DNA of 64,000 nt, from NCBI GenBank assembly GCA_021785735.1, contig JAJYEP010000001.1, positions 29 to 64,028 of the forward strand, given 5' to 3'. This stretch comes from Thermoplasmata archaeon. GTDB taxonomy: Archaea; Thermoplasmatota; Thermoplasmata; Thermoplasmatales; Thermoplasmataceae. Below the pieces are notes generated by a model. It saw only the letters and a list, made by a program, of their open reading frames with translations. It made no database searches and was not told the origin of the DNA. A program made the translations under genes and the position numbers. This document shows positions 16,931 to 28,359 of the stretch, piece after piece (the first letter of the stretch is position 1; each line of letters opens with the position of its first letter).

Positions 16931-19603
16931 ATGGATAATCAGGGTCCTCTGGATCTTAAAATATTTCATGAACTTGGAATGACCAGAAAAAAATGCCCCT
17001 CATGCGGAAATTATTTCTGGACATCCGACAAGAAAAGGGAAAAGTGTGGAGATCCCCCATGCGGAACCTACACCTTCATCGGCAAACCTCCAACGAAAGT
17101 GCACCTCAACGTAAAGGAAATGAGGGATCTCTTCATCAACTTCTTCAGGAAGGATCATCACTTCGTGGAACCTTATCCGGTTGTTCCGAGATGGAGGGAG
17201 GATGTCCTTCTAGTAAATGCCTCCATTTACGATTTCCAGCCACATGTCACGTCAGGAGTGGTCAAACCACCAGGAAACCCTCTGGTCATGTCCCAGCCAT
17301 GTATAAGAATGAATGACGTCGACAAAGTTGGGGTTACAGGCCGGCATCTTACTAGCTTTGAGATGCTCTGCCATGACTCTTTCAATTATGAAAATCAGCT
17401 AGTATACTGGAATAACGAGACGGTTACCCTCTGCAACAGATTCCTCAATGAGAAAATGGGTGTGTTGCAGGATGATATAGTTTACAAGGAAAAGCCATGG
17501 GCAGGTGGAGGAAATGCTGGAAATGCCCTGGAGGTATTTGTATCGGGACTTGAAGTTGCTACACTTGTCTTTATGGATCTGGTCGAGAATGAAAATGGCA
17601 GCGTGGAAATTGACGGCATCAAATATGGAAACATGCCGCTGAAGGTGGTTGATACAGGTTACGGCCTGGAAAGGTTATCATGGCTTAGCCTTGGAACCCC
17701 GACAATATTCGAGGCTATATATCCGGAGGTCATGAAACTGATCAGGGAAAATTCGACCGGAGTTTTTCCGGATTATGGCATCCTATCCAAGATACTTGAC
17801 AGATCTTTATCGGACGACGACTTCAACGAGCACAGGATTATAGGGGAAATTGCTGATAACAGTGATTCCGGATTAGACATATCCAGGCTTGAAGAACAGT
17901 TCGAATACGCGAAGTCGTGCTATATTCTTGCAGACCATTCAAGGTCACTGCTGTTCATGTTTTCAGACTATGTGATACCATCGAACGTGAAGGTTGGGTA
18001 CCTGGAGCGTCTTCTTATCAGGAGGTCGCTGAGATCCGCCGCAAGTATAGGGCTCAGCATATCACTATTTGAACTGATCGATGCACAATACAGAAATTAT
18101 TCGGACATACTGCACAATTATCCCGTCGATTTCATCAAGGAGATGATCAGCAGGGAATCAGAAAAGATGGATTCGCTTCTGAAGGCAGGCACTGCGCAGA
18201 TAGAGAGACTGATCAAGAAGCAGGATCAGATAACGGGCGATGATCTTATAAAACTGTACGATTCCTCAGGACTGCTGCCGGAATTTGTCTCGTCAAGATA
18301 TACTGAGATAACTGGAAAGGCACTGCGTGTTCCTGATAACTTCCATGAACTTGTCGTGGCCATACACGAGAAACGCAGATCCCAGAAGGAAGTGGTCAGT
18401 TCATATCCGGAAATATTCACCCGACCATTGTATTATGATGATACCTCCATAAAGGAATTCTCCGCAATTGTTCTGTATTCCGCTGAAAATGTCGTGATCC
18501 TCAATCAGACGGCGTTTTATCCGGAGGGTGGCGGACAGCCCACCGATCTTGGATACCTGATCTATAATGGCAGGAAAATAGATGTAACCAAGGTAGAAAA
18601 GATAGGCAAGACAATAGTGCACAGGATAAACGGCAGCATACCGGAACATTCCAGAGTCAGGGGCTTCATAGACTATGAAAGGAGAAGACAGCTGATGATC
18701 CATCATTCCGCTACGCATCTCCTGCTGGGAGTTACCCGGGAGATACTGGGGGATCATGTATGGCAGAACAGCGTACAGAAGGGAATAGAGACGTCAAGGC
18801 TGGACGTCACACACTATGAGAAGATCAGCCAGGAACAGATCAAAAAGATTGAGATGAGATGTCTCCAGATCATCACCGAAAACCACAGCATAAAGGTAAG
18901 GAACATGGACTGGAACAAGGCTATTTCCCAGTATGGTTTCCGATTATTCCAGGGAGGTGTTCCTCTGGATTCAAAGTTGAGAGTCGTCGAAATAGAAGGA
19001 GTGGATGTTGAAGGGTGCGGTGGCACCCATCTCAGTTCAACCTATGAAATAGGTTTCCTGAAGATCGTCTCCACCGAAACCGTGCAGGAGGGAATACAGA
19101 GACTGACTTTCTCTGCTGGCCCTGCTGCCCTGATCTATACTGAGAAGATAGGCGACGTTGCCTACAGACTGCAGGAATTCCTGTCATCATCTCTTGAAGA
19201 ACTTGATTCGAGGCTTAATGTCTTCATATCCAACTCAATGGACGCGTTCAAATACAGGGAAAGATCATCCAAGATAATTGCCGAACTGGCAGTGGAACAT
19301 TCAAAGGAAATATTTAGAAAGGGCGAAACAGCAGTGATGTTTTCCACAATTCCATTGGGAAAGGAGGAGATCAACATAGTTATTCCAATGATTCTCAGGA
19401 AAAAGGAAAGCATAATACTGGTTACGAGGAGATCTGATGCTGGAATCAATGGCTTCTCCATAATATCAAACAGATTTGATCTCTCAAATTTTGGTACCGG
19501 AAAGGAAGAACTGCTCAACACAACGAAAAAAAATAGCAGAATGGTGGATGGCACTTCTCAGAGAAATGTTGATGAAAACTTAATTAAGACCCTTTTTAAT
19601 TAA
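16931..19603 (+). CDS. alaS: Alanine-tRNA ligase
   Basis: ASIYDFQP, HLTSFEM, DTGYGLER; editing motifs HSATH and CGGTH. Confidence 0.97.
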   Translation: MDNQGPLDLKIFHELGMTRKKCPSCGNYFWTSDKKREKCGDPPCGTYTFIGKPPTKVHLNVKEMRDLFINFFRKDHHFVEPYPVVPRWREDVLLVNASIYDFQPHVTSGVVKPPGNPLVMSQPCIRMNDVDKVGVTGRHLTSFEMLCHDSFNYENQLVYWNNETVTLCNRFLNEKMGVLQDDIVYKEKPWAGGGNAGNALEVFVSGLEVATLVFMDLVENENGSVEIDGIKYGNMPLKVVDTGYGLERLSWLSLGTPTIFEAIYPEVMKLIRENSTGVFPDYGILSKILDRSLSDDDFNEHRIIGEIADNSDSGLDISRLEEQFEYAKSCYILADHSRSLLFMFSDYVIPSNVKVGYLERLLIRRSLRSAASIGLSISLFELIDAQYRNYSDILHNYPVDFIKEMISRESEKMDSLLKAGTAQIERLIKKQDQITGDDLIKLYDSSGLLPEFVSSRYTEITGKALRVPDNFHELVVAIHEKRRSQKEVVSSYPEIFTRPLYYDDTSIKEFSAIVLYSAENVVILNQTAFYPEGGGQPTDLGYLIYNGRKIDVTKVEKIGKTIVHRINGSIPEHSRVRGFIDYERRRQLMIHHSATHLLLGVTREILGDHVWQNSVQKGIETSRLDVTHYEKISQEQIKKIEMRCLQIITENHSIKVRNMDWNKAISQYGFRLFQGGVPLDSKLRVVEIEGVDVEGCGGTHLSSTYEIGFLKIVSTETVQEGIQRLTFSAGPAALIYTEKIGDVAYRLQEFLSSSLEELDSRLNVFISNSMDAFKYRERSSKIIAELAVEHSKEIFRKGETAVMFSTIPLGKEEINIVIPMILRKKESIILVTRRSDAGINGFSIISNRFDLSNFGTGKEELLNTTKKNSRMVDGTSQRNVDENLIKTLFN

Positions 19604-19616
19604 ATCCCAGAAAAAT

Positions 19617-21335
19617 ATGGAAGAGGCAGAGATCGAAAAGATAAGGAAGATCGTCGCCAAATGGTATAATAATTCAAAACTTAGCGTCGAAGAGAATTCG
19701 CTGGAGGTTTCAGTCGAAGATTTCAGATCCATGCCGGAATATTTTTTCGATAATCTTGTGGAAGATCTGAGCAGGATTGGCTATACCGCATTTACCTCAG
19801 GATCACAGAGGAGTTCAATTTTCATAGTACCCGCAGGCGAAAGTTATAGAAGGAAAGGAAACCTTTCGCCCATATTCCTTGTCCTGACAGTTGCATCTCT
19901 GGTTTTTGTCGGTTTCCTCTACACTGAAAACTTCTTCAGCCAGGGATCAGCGGTTCTTACATTAATTTATTCCGTGATTTTTTTTGTTCTTCCTATACTC
20001 TTCTTCATGTTTTTTAGGGAGTTCGGAAGGCTGATTGCTTCAAAACGGAACGGCATGAAGTACACCATGCCCATATTTATACCAAATCCAGTCTCCCTCG
20101 GCTTTATAGGATCTGTTAATGTCAACAGGAAACCGTACAGCAACTCAAAATCAATGGTGGAAATTGGTGGCATCCCCATACTTTTCGGCTATGTCGCATC
20201 ATTTTTTCTAATCGCCCTGGGATCTTTGCCAATGATGCAGAACATCATATACAGCGGATCATCATCGCCTGTCTATTCCACCGTGGGGCAACCATTACTC
20301 TTTTTGCCGGTGCTCAGGCTTGTATCGCCTCCGTCTGGTATAATGAGTCCGGTGGAATTTGCAGGATGGGTCGGCACAATTGTCAATTCACTGAACGCAC
20401 TGCCTCTCGGTTCCCTGGATGGCGGTTTGTTATGGAAGGGTGTTTTGGGAAACAGGATCTCTTCGGTTCAGTTACCCGTGATCGCAGTTCTTGTGATTGT
20501 CGGCCTGTTTTTCCCATTTCTAATAATACTACCAATATTCCTTATTTTCCTTGGTTATCACAGCCCTGAACCGCTGAATGCGATTTCCAGGCCAGGCGCT
20601 CTCGGCAGGTCTATTTTCGTTGCTGTTATTGTGCTGATGGTGTTTGGACTAGTCCCAGTGCAAACTCACGCCTACATGAACAGCATGGAGGTAACTCCCA
20701 TCACACATTCTGCCATCGATCTGCTGGGAACGGGTACCATCGCTGTGTATGAACTGGGTGTGATAAACACCGGAAACAACCCATATACTCCGTCTTTTTC
20801 AGTTTCACCGTCATTCCCCTTTTATGTCTCCGGAGACACGGGCGCAATCGCTGCAGGACAGGAGAGTTACTTCAACATAACCGTGGTTCCGCAGGGCATC
20901 AACCAGACTGGACTGTATAATATCACAATAACAGCGTATTCCGGTCTGGTAAAGGTTTCTGTCGGCGTTGAACTTGCTGCAGTAGGACTGAGCAGGACTC
21001 TTTCAGTGGATCATTCGGTTAATCCGATTACCTATCCAGTGGTTACCGGGCAAACCTATCACATTTCGCTATATAATTCAGGAGATGCAGGAACCAGCGT
21101 AACTATGTATATATTCTCGCAGGCTACCCTAAATTTCACATTGACTCTTTCAAACGTCACTTATATACAGGGTGACAAAACGGTTTCAGGATTACTTTCA
21201 CCTTATACATTTTATATTTCTGCAGGAGAAACTCTTAACATGGGCATCATGTTCAACAGCATTACCTCTGGAGTCACTCTTGCATTTGTCGGTCAGGACA
21301 TGAATGCTGCAGTCATAGACTTTTACTCATCATGA
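19617..21335 (+). CDS. Site-2 protease (M50)-like membrane protein with degenerate HExxH and a C-terminal beta-rich extracellular region
   Basis: NALPLGSLDGG is present; the HExxH position reads REFGR; MPIFIPNP..GFIG segment. Confidence 0.75.
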   Translation: MEEAEIEKIRKIVAKWYNNSKLSVEENSLEVSVEDFRSMPEYFFDNLVEDLSRIGYTAFTSGSQRSSIFIVPAGESYRRKGNLSPIFLVLTVASLVFVGFLYTENFFSQGSAVLTLIYSVIFFVLPILFFMFFREFGRLIASKRNGMKYTMPIFIPNPVSLGFIGSVNVNRKPYSNSKSMVEIGGIPILFGYVASFFLIALGSLPMMQNIIYSGSSSPVYSTVGQPLLFLPVLRLVSPPSGIMSPVEFAGWVGTIVNSLNALPLGSLDGGLLWKGVLGNRISSVQLPVIAVLVIVGLFFPFLIILPIFLIFLGYHSPEPLNAISRPGALGRSIFVAVIVLMVFGLVPVQTHAYMNSMEVTPITHSAIDLLGTGTIAVYELGVINTGNNPYTPSFSVSPSFPFYVSGDTGAIAAGQESYFNITVVPQGINQTGLYNITITAYSGLVKVSVGVELAAVGLSRTLSVDHSVNPITYPVVTGQTYHISLYNSGDAGTSVTMYIFSQATLNFTLTLSNVTYIQGDKTVSGLLSPYTFYISAGETLNMGIMFNSITSGVTLAFVGQDMNAAVIDFYSS

Positions 21336-21397
21336 GAGGTTCTAAAAATCAAGGAAAGATAAATAAATTACAAATATCTGGTATATCGTGAAGTGAT

Positions 21398-22468
21398 TTG
21401 GTAAAAAGAATTGCCTTTTTGATAAATCCCATTGCGGGTTCGGGTCTCGCACTGAATCTGAAGGATTCCGATTCGATCAGCGAATTGCCCGGCAATTCCC
21501 ACTCGGTCAAGGAAGGAGAAAAATTTCTTCAGAGCATAGTTGGTTCAGACGCAGCGTTTCTTGTGCCATCAGGTATAATGGGAGAAGATTCCCTTGCAAA
21601 ATATGGTTTTTCGTTTGAGATAATCACCAGGCCGGGAAAGATGACAACCGGATTGGATACAATTGAGTTCGCCAGGATTGCATGTTCGAGGGGATGTGAC
21701 CTTCTGGTATTTGTTGGTGGTGATGGTACTGCCAGGGACATATTTTCAGCCATTGGAGAACGAATTCCTGTTCTGGGCATTCCTGCAGGCATAAAGATGT
21801 ACAGTTCCGTCTACGCGCTTAACTTCAACCACGCTGCAGACCTTTTTAAAAAATTCATACAGGGGGAAGGGTACGAGATTTACAGAGGTGAAGTTGCGGA
21901 CCTAGATGCTGGTTATTTCAAAGGTCAGGGATTCCATATAAATTATTTTGGCGATTTACGGGTAATTGGAGATTCCTCTTCTCCAAAGTTCTCCAAATCA
22001 GAGGTCCAGGCAGACGACATTTCGGGAATAGTGGATTTTGTCATCGAGAACATGAGAAAAGATGCCTATTATTTCGTGGGCCCCGGATCCACCTGCAAGG
22101 CAATAACAAGGAATTTCGGTGGAAACCCTGATCTGCTTGGAATTGATGTAATCAGGAATGGAATCATTGTGAAGCTCGATGCCAGCGAGAATGATCTCAT
22201 AAAGTTCAGCAGTGAACAGTCCTTCATAGTAGTCTCCCCGCTCGGAGATCAGGGATTTCTCCTGGGGAGAGGAAACAGGCAGATAACGGGCAGAGTGATG
22301 GAACGGGTTGGGTTCGAGAATCTCATTGTAATAGCATCAAGGTTAAAAATGGACAGGATTAACAGTCTCTATGTTGACATAGATTTCCCAGTCGATTGTA
22401 TACCAAAATACCTGAGGGTCATCATCGGTTACGGAGAAACCAGGATTGTGAAAACGGTCTTTCGCTAA
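21398..22468 (+). CDS. ATP-NAD kinase family protein
   Basis: INPIAG, GGDGTARD, GIPAGIKMYS, QGFLLGRGN. Confidence 0.85.
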   Translation: MVKRIAFLINPIAGSGLALNLKDSDSISELPGNSHSVKEGEKFLQSIVGSDAAFLVPSGIMGEDSLAKYGFSFEIITRPGKMTTGLDTIEFARIACSRGCDLLVFVGGDGTARDIFSAIGERIPVLGIPAGIKMYSSVYALNFNHAADLFKKFIQGEGYEIYRGEVADLDAGYFKGQGFHINYFGDLRVIGDSSSPKFSKSEVQADDISGIVDFVIENMRKDAYYFVGPGSTCKAITRNFGGNPDLLGIDVIRNGIIVKLDASENDLIKFSSEQSFIVVSPLGDQGFLLGRGNRQITGRVMERVGFENLIVIASRLKMDRINSLYVDIDFPVDCIPKYLRVIIGYGETRIVKTVFR

Positions 22469-22517
22469 TCAATATTTTTCCGCAAAGGATTATCTATGTC
22501 AGACAGATCACGACACA

Positions 22518-24257
22518 TTGGATAACGATAGAACCTCCAGGACATTTGCAGATTTATCTGCATTTTTGAGGAGAGCACCGAAATTCAGGTACTATCCTGT
22601 ACCTCTCATTATCATCACGCTTGTTGATGTCCTGCTCACAAAGAAGATACTGGAGACATCAGTCATAATAATTGCAGGGTTCCTTATCGGTTCTTATTTG
22701 GATCTGGCCGTTACCAGAAAATGGAATTTCTTCTTTCCATTCAGGAGAATAGTTTACCTCAACTTCTTTACGCTGGGTCTGTCCACAATATTTTTCTGGG
22801 CTCTTTTCGCATTTCATTTCATGGATATTGGCGGCATAGCCCTCCTGACATTTTCCTTTACATTGACAGCTTTTGTCAGATCCATGGTTTACTATGTATA
22901 TTATGGCGACAATCTCAGGAAGGCTATTCTTCCCGCTCTGGTCTATCCGTCGATAACTATCATAACTGCATTCTCTGTGACATTGATCTATTCAATGGTC
23001 TTTTCAACCACCGTCGCAATGATCATATTTGCATTCGCGGGCTATGTTTATGCAAACTGGACAATGGGGGACTTCAAGAGGGAATTTGGGCAGAGCCCTG
23101 TAAAAGTATTAAACATGTTTCTGAACCTTCACACGATGAACAGCAGCGACCATGAAGGATTGGATTTCTTCTACCAGCTTTACAGCCTTGAAAGGGAAGT
23201 CCCAGTCAGCATAATCGATGTTAAAACAATGGAAGACGAAAGGAAACTGCTGATGGTGTTCCCTTATGTTCATCCAGGACCCTTTGGAAGCGTGGGATCA
23301 AGCAATCTGCCGGAAAAGCTTCTCATGCGGCTTTCAGATATAACACCAGAGATCATGGTGTTCCACACAGCGACAACTAACAGCAACAACTGCAGGGATG
23401 ACGTAGATGTGGACAGCATATCACAGGGTGTTAGAAGCGCCCTGGAGCTGGAACAGGAAATATCTGGAATATCAAGATTCAAGAAACTGAATGTTGGACG
23501 AATAAAAATGGGGCTTCAGAGGTTCGGGGATGTTCTGCTTTGTGCGATTATACCGGAAAACAGGGCATTCGACGATATAGAACTGGAGGAGGGAATGAAA
23601 ATGATGTCTGCTCTCAAGGAATCAGGTGCCAGGGATTCGCTTATCATTGATGCGCAGAACTTTTTTTCACACGGTTCAAGTTCTCTGAACGACGTTTCTT
23701 CTTTGATACCTCCATCGATCAGGGAATTCAAAAAAATGGACACAACCGGAGACTTCTCCATGGGATACGGCAGGACTTTCACAGAGACGGCAGGGTTGGG
23801 AAAACTTGGCATCCAGGCAGTTGTGATCAGGGCTGGGGAGAAGTACAATGCATATGTACTTACTGATTCAAACAACATACTGAGGGAAATTATAGATGAG
23901 AGCAGGGAATTGCTTAAAGAGGAAATAGACAATGTCGAGATTTACACGACAGACAATCACTATGTCAACAAGAATACTCTTGACATGAACCCGCTGGGTC
24001 AGAGAGACAATCCGGAACTTATTGTGGAATTAATTGTGGATGCAGTTGTTCAGGCAAAATCATCAGTGCAAAAAGTAAAATTATATCATGGATCGACCAA
24101 TGTGAAGGTTCACATGGGAGAGAAGGAAATCTTTCAGAAACTGCAAAATGTGGTTTTCTCTTCAATTAGAAGGGCAAAATACCTCCTTCTGCTGGATTTC
24201 ATACCATCACTCATAGTTGCCATACTGGCATTCACCTATCTTATGCGCATCATTTGA
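22518..24257 (+). CDS. DUF2070-like membrane protein
   Basis: N-terminal TMs; VHPGPFGSVGSSNLP, DSNN, TTDNH. Confidence 0.8.
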   Translation: MDNDRTSRTFADLSAFLRRAPKFRYYPVPLIIITLVDVLLTKKILETSVIIIAGFLIGSYLDLAVTRKWNFFFPFRRIVYLNFFTLGLSTIFFWALFAFHFMDIGGIALLTFSFTLTAFVRSMVYYVYYGDNLRKAILPALVYPSITIITAFSVTLIYSMVFSTTVAMIIFAFAGYVYANWTMGDFKREFGQSPVKVLNMFLNLHTMNSSDHEGLDFFYQLYSLEREVPVSIIDVKTMEDERKLLMVFPYVHPGPFGSVGSSNLPEKLLMRLSDITPEIMVFHTATTNSNNCRDDVDVDSISQGVRSALELEQEISGISRFKKLNVGRIKMGLQRFGDVLLCAIIPENRAFDDIELEEGMKMMSALKESGARDSLIIDAQNFFSHGSSSLNDVSSLIPPSIREFKKMDTTGDFSMGYGRTFTETAGLGKLGIQAVVIRAGEKYNAYVLTDSNNILREIIDESRELLKEEIDNVEIYTTDNHYVNKNTLDMNPLGQRDNPELIVELIVDAVVQAKSSVQKVKLYHGSTNVKVHMGEKEIFQKLQNVVFSSIRRAKYLLLLDFIPSLIVAILAFTYLMRII

Positions 24258-25326
24258 AGTCAAATCCTGCTCCGATAAGCAGGTCGGAAAGCACCACAGA
24301 GGTGAGCGTCTGTACCACAGGAACCGCACGTATTGCGATGCAGGGATCATGCCTTCCCTTGACTGAAATTTCATCATCTTTCATGGTTTCGAGATTGACC
24401 GTTTTCTGGGATATCTTTATGGATGAGGTAGGTTTCATGACAACCCTGAATACAACCGGCATGCCATTGGTGATGCCGCCAAGGATTCCACCATTATGGT
24501 TTGAAGTTGTTACAATTTTTTTACCATTATAGGTGAAAGGATCACTAGCTTCCGATCCCCTCATTGAGGAGAAGTCGAAGCCAGACCCAAATTCAATGCC
24601 CTTTAGTCCAGGAATGGAAAACATTGCATGGGAAATCATGCTCTCCACGGAATCGAAGAAAGGATTCCCGATTCCTTCGGGAATACCATACACCAGTGTT
24701 CTAATAGTGGCACCTATGCTGTCACCATCCCCGAGCAATCTCTTTATCAATTGCTGAGCCTCCATATCCTTAGTTTTATCGGGAATTCTTGAAATAAAAG
24801 AATATGCAGATTCCTCGGGATCATGATTTCTGTTGAGGGAGATGGGACCCATTGAATCGATGAAGGACTTCAACAGTATACCTTTCTTCTGAAGCATCTC
24901 AAGCGTGATTGATCCAAGTGCTACAATAGGTGCTGTCATCCTTCCGGAAATAAAGCCTCCACCAGAATAAGGTCGATGTTCACCATACCTGTAAAGCATT
25001 GTCAGGTCCCCATGACCGGGCCTTGGTTTATTTCTGATCTCTTCATAATGATCAGGTATTGTATCCCTGTTTCTTATGAGAACTGTCAATGGTCCTCCAT
25101 TGGTATATTCATTATCAACACCGCTTACGATCTCAACAGTATCCTCCTCCTTTCTCTGAGTTGTGAGAAAACTCTGGGCAGGTCGCCTTCTATCCGTCCA
25201 CACCTTAATGTTTTCTGTATCTATTTTGAGACCAGCAGGCAAGCCATCAAGAATCCCCCCCACCAGTGTTCCGTGTGATTCTCCAAAGATTGTGAGACCT
25301 ATATTTTTCCCAAACGTGAATGACAT
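24250..25326 (-). CDS. aroC: Chorismate synthase
   Basis: FGESHG, PRPGHGD, GGILGGI, KPTSSI, GRHDPCI. Confidence 0.96.
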   Translation of the reverse strand: MSFTFGKNIGLTIFGESHGTLVGGILDGLPAGLKIDTENIKVWTDRRRPAQSFLTTQRKEEDTVEIVSGVDNEYTNGGPLTVLIRNRDTIPDHYEEIRNKPRPGHGDLTMLYRYGEHRPYSGGGFISGRMTAPIVALGSITLEMLQKKGILLKSFIDSMGPISLNRNHDPEESAYSFISRIPDKTKDMEAQQLIKRLLGDGDSIGATIRTLVYGIPEGIGNPFFDSVESMISHAMFSIPGLKGIEFGSGFDFSSMRGSEASDPFTYNGKKIVTTSNHNGGILGGITNGMPVVFRVVMKPTSSIKISQKTVNLETMKDDEISVKGRHDPCIAIRAVPVVQTLTSVVLSDLLIGAGFDFK

Positions 25327-25603
25327 AAGTTACACATCTATATCCAACACTCATATCTTAATCTTAATCCACATCAACATCTCAGTTTATGTTTGACGAA
25401 ACACAAGAATGGCTGGATATTTCCATTGGAATTGATCCGATACATAGACGATCCTAACAGTTTTCAAAATATGATCCTTGGATGTGCTATTCAGTAAATT
25501 CATAATTTATCGGACAGGATGTCGCCATAAGATTATTCCCACACTTTGAAAAATACTAAAAAATTTTGCAAAAGTATTAATCAGTAGATTCAATGTCAAT
25601 ATT

Positions 25604-27562
25604 GTGAGCGATACTTTAGAAGACGTGGAATCTTGGGTTAAGAAGCAAAATATAGCTTCTACAAAAGAGATTCCTGTTCCCAAGATATTGTACGATCAGG
25701 TTATAGGTCAGGATGAGGCCGCATATGTAGTGAAGAAGGCCGCCATACAAAAGAGGCATGTTCTCCTGATTGGTGATCCCGGGACGGGTAAGTCCATGCT
25801 TGCACAGTCAATGACTGATTTTCTGCCAAAGGAGGATCTTGAGGACATCGTCGTGTTTCCAAATCCTGAAGATCCCAACAGGCCAAGAATTAAGACATTT
25901 CCCGCTGGAAAGGGAAAAGAAATAGTGAAACAGTATCAGATAAAAGCTGAAAGGGACAAGAAAGAGAGGTCCAGGGGGCTTCTCCTCGTTATATTGACGG
26001 TTTTTTTTGGAGGAATACTGCTCGCAATATTCCTGAGTGATTACGTTATAGCATTTATGGCACTGATAGCAGCAGCTGTGCTCTATATGGCTCTTGCTTT
26101 CAATCCGGCTTTCAGAATGGAAAGAAGCATGGCACCAAAGATTCTCGTTTCTCATACACCAAACGACAGGCCTCCATTTGTTGATTCTACTGGGTCACAT
26201 TCAGGAGCACTGCTTGGAGACGTAAGACACGATCCGTTTCAGTCTGGCGGACTGGAAACTCCTGCGCATGAACGTGTCGAGGCAGGTAACATTCACAAAG
26301 CACACCGTGGGGTGTTGTTTGTCGACGAGATAAATCTACTCAGGCTAGAGAGCCAGCAGGCGCTCTTGACTGCAATGCAGGAGAAGAAATTTTCAATTTC
26401 AGGGCAGAGCGAAAGAAGTGCTGGAGCCATGGTGCAGACAGAACCAGTTCCGTGCGACTTTGTGCTTGTGGCAGCCGGGAATCTGGACGCAATTCAGGGA
26501 ATGCACCCCGCCCTCAGATCGAGAATAAGGGGATACGGGTATGAGGTATATGTTCAGAGCACAATGGATGACAACGAGGAGAATAGAAAAAAACTCATAC
26601 AATTCATCGCACAGGAAGTAACTAAGGACAAAAAGATCCCGCACTTCGACGAATCCGCGATCATAGAAGTAATAAAGGAAGCCCAGAAGAGATCCGGAAG
26701 GAAAGGAAAATTAACCCTTAGGCTCAGAGAACTTGGTGGTCTTATAAGAGTTGCAGGGGACATAGCAGTGACTGAGAAAGCTGAACTAGTAACGGCAAAA
26801 CATGTCACATCTGCCAAGAGCCTCAGCAAGCCCCTGGAGCAGCAGGTCGCAGACAGATCGGTTGAGGTTAAGAAACTCTACAAGACGTTCAGGACAGAGG
26901 GTAGTGCAGTAGGCATGGTGAACGGTCTTGCGGTAGTCGGTGCAGATACAGGTATGGCAGATTATACAGGAATAGTTATGCCCATAGTCGCAGAGGTTAC
27001 ACCGTCACAGCACAAGGGTAACGGCAGCGTGGTTGCTACCGGAAAGCTGGGTGATATAGCCAAGGAAGCTGTGCAAAACGTTTCAGCGGTATTCAAGAAA
27101 ATATCCGGAAAGGATATCTCTGACATGGATATTCACATACAGTTTATAGGCACATATGAAGGCGTTGAGGGGGATTCAGCAAGCGTGTCAATTGCCACTG
27201 CAGTCATATCGGCCATAGAGGAAATTCCGGTTGATCAGTCCATTGCCATGACAGGATCATTGAGCGTCAGGGGAAATGTTCTTCCAGTCGGAGGCGTGAC
27301 CGCTAAGGTTGAGGCTGCGATAGAAACGGGTCTGAAAAAGGTCATCGTCCCGGAATCCAACATGGGCGACATAATCCTGGATGAGTCACACAAGGACAAG
27401 ATAGAAATAATCCCAGTTTCAACTATAATGGAAGTTCTTCAATACGCACTGGAATCCACGCCGGAGAGAAAGACTTTCTTCGACAAGGTCTCCGATATTC
27501 TGAATCCCAACAAGGTGGGAAGCAGCAAAATATCTGGACGACAGGGGCCCAATGCAGTTTGA
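25604..27562 (+). CDS. lonB: Membrane-bound ATP-dependent protease LonB
   Basis: Walker A GDPGTGKS, two TM helices, EGDSAS catalytic Ser, GGVTAK. Confidence 0.96.
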   Translation: MSDTLEDVESWVKKQNIASTKEIPVPKILYDQVIGQDEAAYVVKKAAIQKRHVLLIGDPGTGKSMLAQSMTDFLPKEDLEDIVVFPNPEDPNRPRIKTFPAGKGKEIVKQYQIKAERDKKERSRGLLLVILTVFFGGILLAIFLSDYVIAFMALIAAAVLYMALAFNPAFRMERSMAPKILVSHTPNDRPPFVDSTGSHSGALLGDVRHDPFQSGGLETPAHERVEAGNIHKAHRGVLFVDEINLLRLESQQALLTAMQEKKFSISGQSERSAGAMVQTEPVPCDFVLVAAGNLDAIQGMHPALRSRIRGYGYEVYVQSTMDDNEENRKKLIQFIAQEVTKDKKIPHFDESAIIEVIKEAQKRSGRKGKLTLRLRELGGLIRVAGDIAVTEKAELVTAKHVTSAKSLSKPLEQQVADRSVEVKKLYKTFRTEGSAVGMVNGLAVVGADTGMADYTGIVMPIVAEVTPSQHKGNGSVVATGKLGDIAKEAVQNVSAVFKKISGKDISDMDIHIQFIGTYEGVEGDSASVSIATAVISAIEEIPVDQSIAMTGSLSVRGNVLPVGGVTAKVEAAIETGLKKVIVPESNMGDIILDESHKDKIEIIPVSTIMEVLQYALESTPERKTFFDKVSDILNPNKVGSSKISGRQGPNAV

Positions 27563-28007
27563 TTTTGCTTACGTAAAATTGTTGGAATCGTCAAGGCCCT
27601 CGGACGTAATCGATTTCTGCAGATCAAGGACATCAATATTTCAGCTTCTCAGATGCAGTTCCCTGATCTCCGAGGAACAGGTTCGCATAGCAGTGGACAT
27701 GATGGACCAGATCAGGGAAAAGGTGAACATACAGGATGAGGGAATCCTTCTTATGCTGCTGCTTGCAGGAACCAATCAGATTAAGGTTGCTGAGGATAGA
27801 GTCGGAATAAGCAGACAGGAGGCTGAATATCTCTGTGTGTACGGCAATAAAAAAGAACTTGAAGATTTTATAAATTCATTTGATTCCGTCGTGTTGGTCG
27901 ACAACCCGATGCTTCCTGAAAAGGACCCCACAAGAGACGCTGATACATTTATGAATCTTTCCAGGGCCAGATTCATGCTCCTCAATTGGTCGGCAATATC
28001 GATTTAG
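27552..28007 (+). CDS. cgi121: KEOPS subunit Cgi121-like
   Basis: [20 protein letters not shown] matches the Cgi121 core; 151 aa. Confidence 0.65.
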   Translation: MQFDFAYVKLLESSRPSDVIDFCRSRTSIFQLLRCSSLISEEQVRIAVDMMDQIREKVNIQDEGILLMLLLAGTNQIKVAEDRVGISRQEAEYLCVYGNKKELEDFINSFDSVVLVDNPMLPEKDPTRDADTFMNLSRARFMLLNWSAISI

Positions 28008-28050
28008 ATATTTCAGTCGACTACAAACAATATATAATTACATCCTTGTT

Positions 28051-28359
28051 ATGGGGAATTTCATGTACCTGGTATTTTCTCTTAAAAAAATCAAGAAAGG
28101 AGTCATAGATAGTTTGATGGCTGACGACATTGTGGGAAGGCAGTCCATCAATTTCAGGGACGGTCCCCTATATGGGCTACCGGAGGATGAACTTGTGCTC
28201 ATAATAGAGGGAAGCCAGGATGCTCTTTCAAGAGTGAAAGAAATCGCAGGAGATTCCTTATCTCCAATTCCTGAGGAAAGATCAAGAACAATATATGAAA
28301 AATTCCGTGACGAGGAAAAGAAGGCTGACGAGGGACTGGGATTTATCTTTGGCGAATGA
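28051..28359 (+). CDS. Hypothetical protein
   Basis: Clean ORF after a TATA-like ATATATAA; start may be ATG 28063. Confidence 0.7.
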   Translation: MGNFMYLVFSLKKIKKGVIDSLMADDIVGRQSINFRDGPLYGLPEDELVLIIEGSQDALSRVKEIAGDSLSPIPEERSRTIYEKFRDEEKKADEGLGFIFGE

